Below, one piece after another: positions 18,666 through 20,000 of a stretch of 20,000 nt of DNA; the stretch's first letter is position 1; each line of letters begins with the position of its first letter. Both the position numbers and the translations under genes were made by a program. The notes under the pieces are model-generated. The model saw nothing but the letters and a program-made list of their open reading frames with translations. It made no database searches and had not been told where the DNA came from. Location of the stretch: assembly GCF_025526975.1 (NCBI RefSeq), contig NW_026515693.1:428643-448642 (forward strand), in the 5' to 3' direction. Source of the DNA: Fimicolochytrium jonesii (Eukaryota).

Positions 18666-20000
18666 CAGGACTGTTCCGGGTTATGGGTTATATTTGGTGG
18701 TCCGGAAAGTGTCAAAAATAGGTGCTAGCAATGTTCAGGGGCGTCTTACTGTACTGTACATAAAATTTTGGGGCATGTTTTCCACTCAATGCTCCCGGAA
18801 AATCCGTTTTTCAGATTTTTTACTATGAAAATGTGACCAAAACGCATTTTCTGAAACTCTGAGTGGATGGAATTTGCTTAAAGTGGAATATGTCTCAGAA
18901 AACATCCCCAAAAACATCTAGGAACCTTCATCTACTCTAGTATTCATCAACTCCTGGCACTTTTTGTTTCCAGGCAATATGGGGGTGTTCTCCAGTTGGC
19001 GGCGAATGACTCATTTTGGTTTGCTCTCAATTTGCTACATGTTCAAATCCTTTTGAGGCCCAAATACTTTCTTTTCTTCCACTGCTCCTCCTGATGGTGG
19101 AGGATGGCAAATGCCTTTTTGCATTGCAATACATGGATATGACAGGGTGTTTGTCAACCAGCAAATCATGCAAAAAGCATGCAGTGCATGTCCGTTTGCA
19201 TGCACTATGTCATCCGCACCACCTTGGACACCTGAGGAAAGTTGTGCGGATTTGAAAGATAATATAGTTACGGAAGTGGAACCAGGGAGATTCAATGACT
19301 ATTGAAGGAGCTATGGCACACGTAAGTCCCCAGGGGTGGGACTTAGAGAATTTTCAAAGATTTTGGTGACTCATGGCGCAGGTTTGATTCTCAGAGGGGG
19401 CCAGGCCTTCTTTTCTTTTTTTCCTCCTTCAAAATGTCTTCAAATACGTCTAGCATTGCTTGACAGTGTCAGGAAACAATCAAAAAGCTGAGAAGTGCAG
19501 GTAAAAAGTGTTTTTGGCCGATCTACAAGCAAAACATGCGAAAAACCGGCGGTGCGTGTCCATTCGCATGCACTACATCATCCGTTCCACCTTGGCCATC
19601 CAAGGCAATGGTGCGGATTCAAAAGATAGTATAGGTACGGAAGGGCAACCAGGGAGATTCAATCACTATTGACAGAGCTATGGCACCCGCAAGCTCCAAT
19701 GGGTGGGACTTAGAGAATTTTCGAAAATTTTGCATTTTGCGCCGTCTGGTTGACCTGACCAAACACAGGTAACATTCAACCGACAGACATTGGCATAGTG
19801 GCAAGTGCTAATGTTATCTGAACTAGTGCCCCAAGTTCCAACCCCGGTTTTGCTGGGGATACTTTTTTTTTTCTTTTTCCCGCGCCACCCGAAACACGAT
19901 GTGGGCGTAACGAAAGTTGTAGCCAGATATATGTTCTCATAGTTAAAGTCATCTCAGATGTGCAATTAAGCTGTAAACGGCTGCAGAAAATGCAAAAAAC
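18666..20000. mobile_element. Putative telomere-associated element, proximal end of a longer copy (non-coding within this window)
   Basis: Begins with copy 2 of the 51-bp sequence in the same telomere register. It is visibly more AT-rich than the genic arm and contains direct repeats and inverted repeats. No ORF diagnostic of a TE class is in view, so element status is inferred from architecture only. Confidence 0.5.
19160..19732 (+). repeat. Two diverged ~205-bp direct repeats (19160-19365 and 19528-19732), each built of several hairpins
   Basis: Colinear shared blocks GCATGCACTA, TCATCCG, CCACCTTGG, GTGCGGATT, AACCAGGGAGATTCAAT.ACTATTGA, GAGCTATGGCAC and GGGTGGGACTTAGAGAATTTTC. Confidence 0.92.

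Noticed and set aside
17931..18728. ORFs encoding (LG)n, (RV)n and (NP)n
   Set aside because: These are translations of the TTAGGG/CCCTAA array, not genes.
19232..19257. Hammerhead-ribozyme-like core CTGAGGA...GAAA (expected in Penelope-like elements)
   Set aside because: Stem II is weak, no convincing stems I/III, the motif is absent from the second repeat copy, and it conflicts with the better-supported hairpin.

Overview
Eukaryotic, intron-rich DNA. It is most likely from a zoosporic (chytrid-type) fungus, because it carries both the axonemal gene MNS1 and a fungal Zn(II)2Cys6 transcription factor. The window runs from an ordinary gene-dense arm (1-13.1 kb) through a decayed, repeat-rich subtelomere-like zone (13.2-18.0 kb) into (TTAGGG)n arrays. 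The arm holds MNS1, a 7-TM GPCR-like orphan, VAP/Scs2, an intronless AAA_33 P-loop protein, a small 2-TM protein with a micro-exon, and the Zn2Cys6 factor. The repeat zone holds a solo LTR with a perfect 5-bp TSD, a chimeric half-inverted LTR, a possible GCM-like zinc-finger relic, a DIRS-like RT fragment with WIDD, and three diverged ~110-130 bp repeats. The TTAGGG arrays are not terminal. Two same-orientation arrays (6 and ~93 units) are each followed, in the same register (GGGTTA|CAGGAC), by the same 51-bp sequence. The second copy continues into more than 1.3 kb of AT-richer DNA containing a duplicated multi-hairpin module. This is the architecture expected of a telomere-targeted mobile element (one truncated, telomere-healed copy plus one longer copy) and is the best candidate for an undescribed system here. 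Splice models were built by hand from GT..AG sites and frame continuity. No database searches were run.
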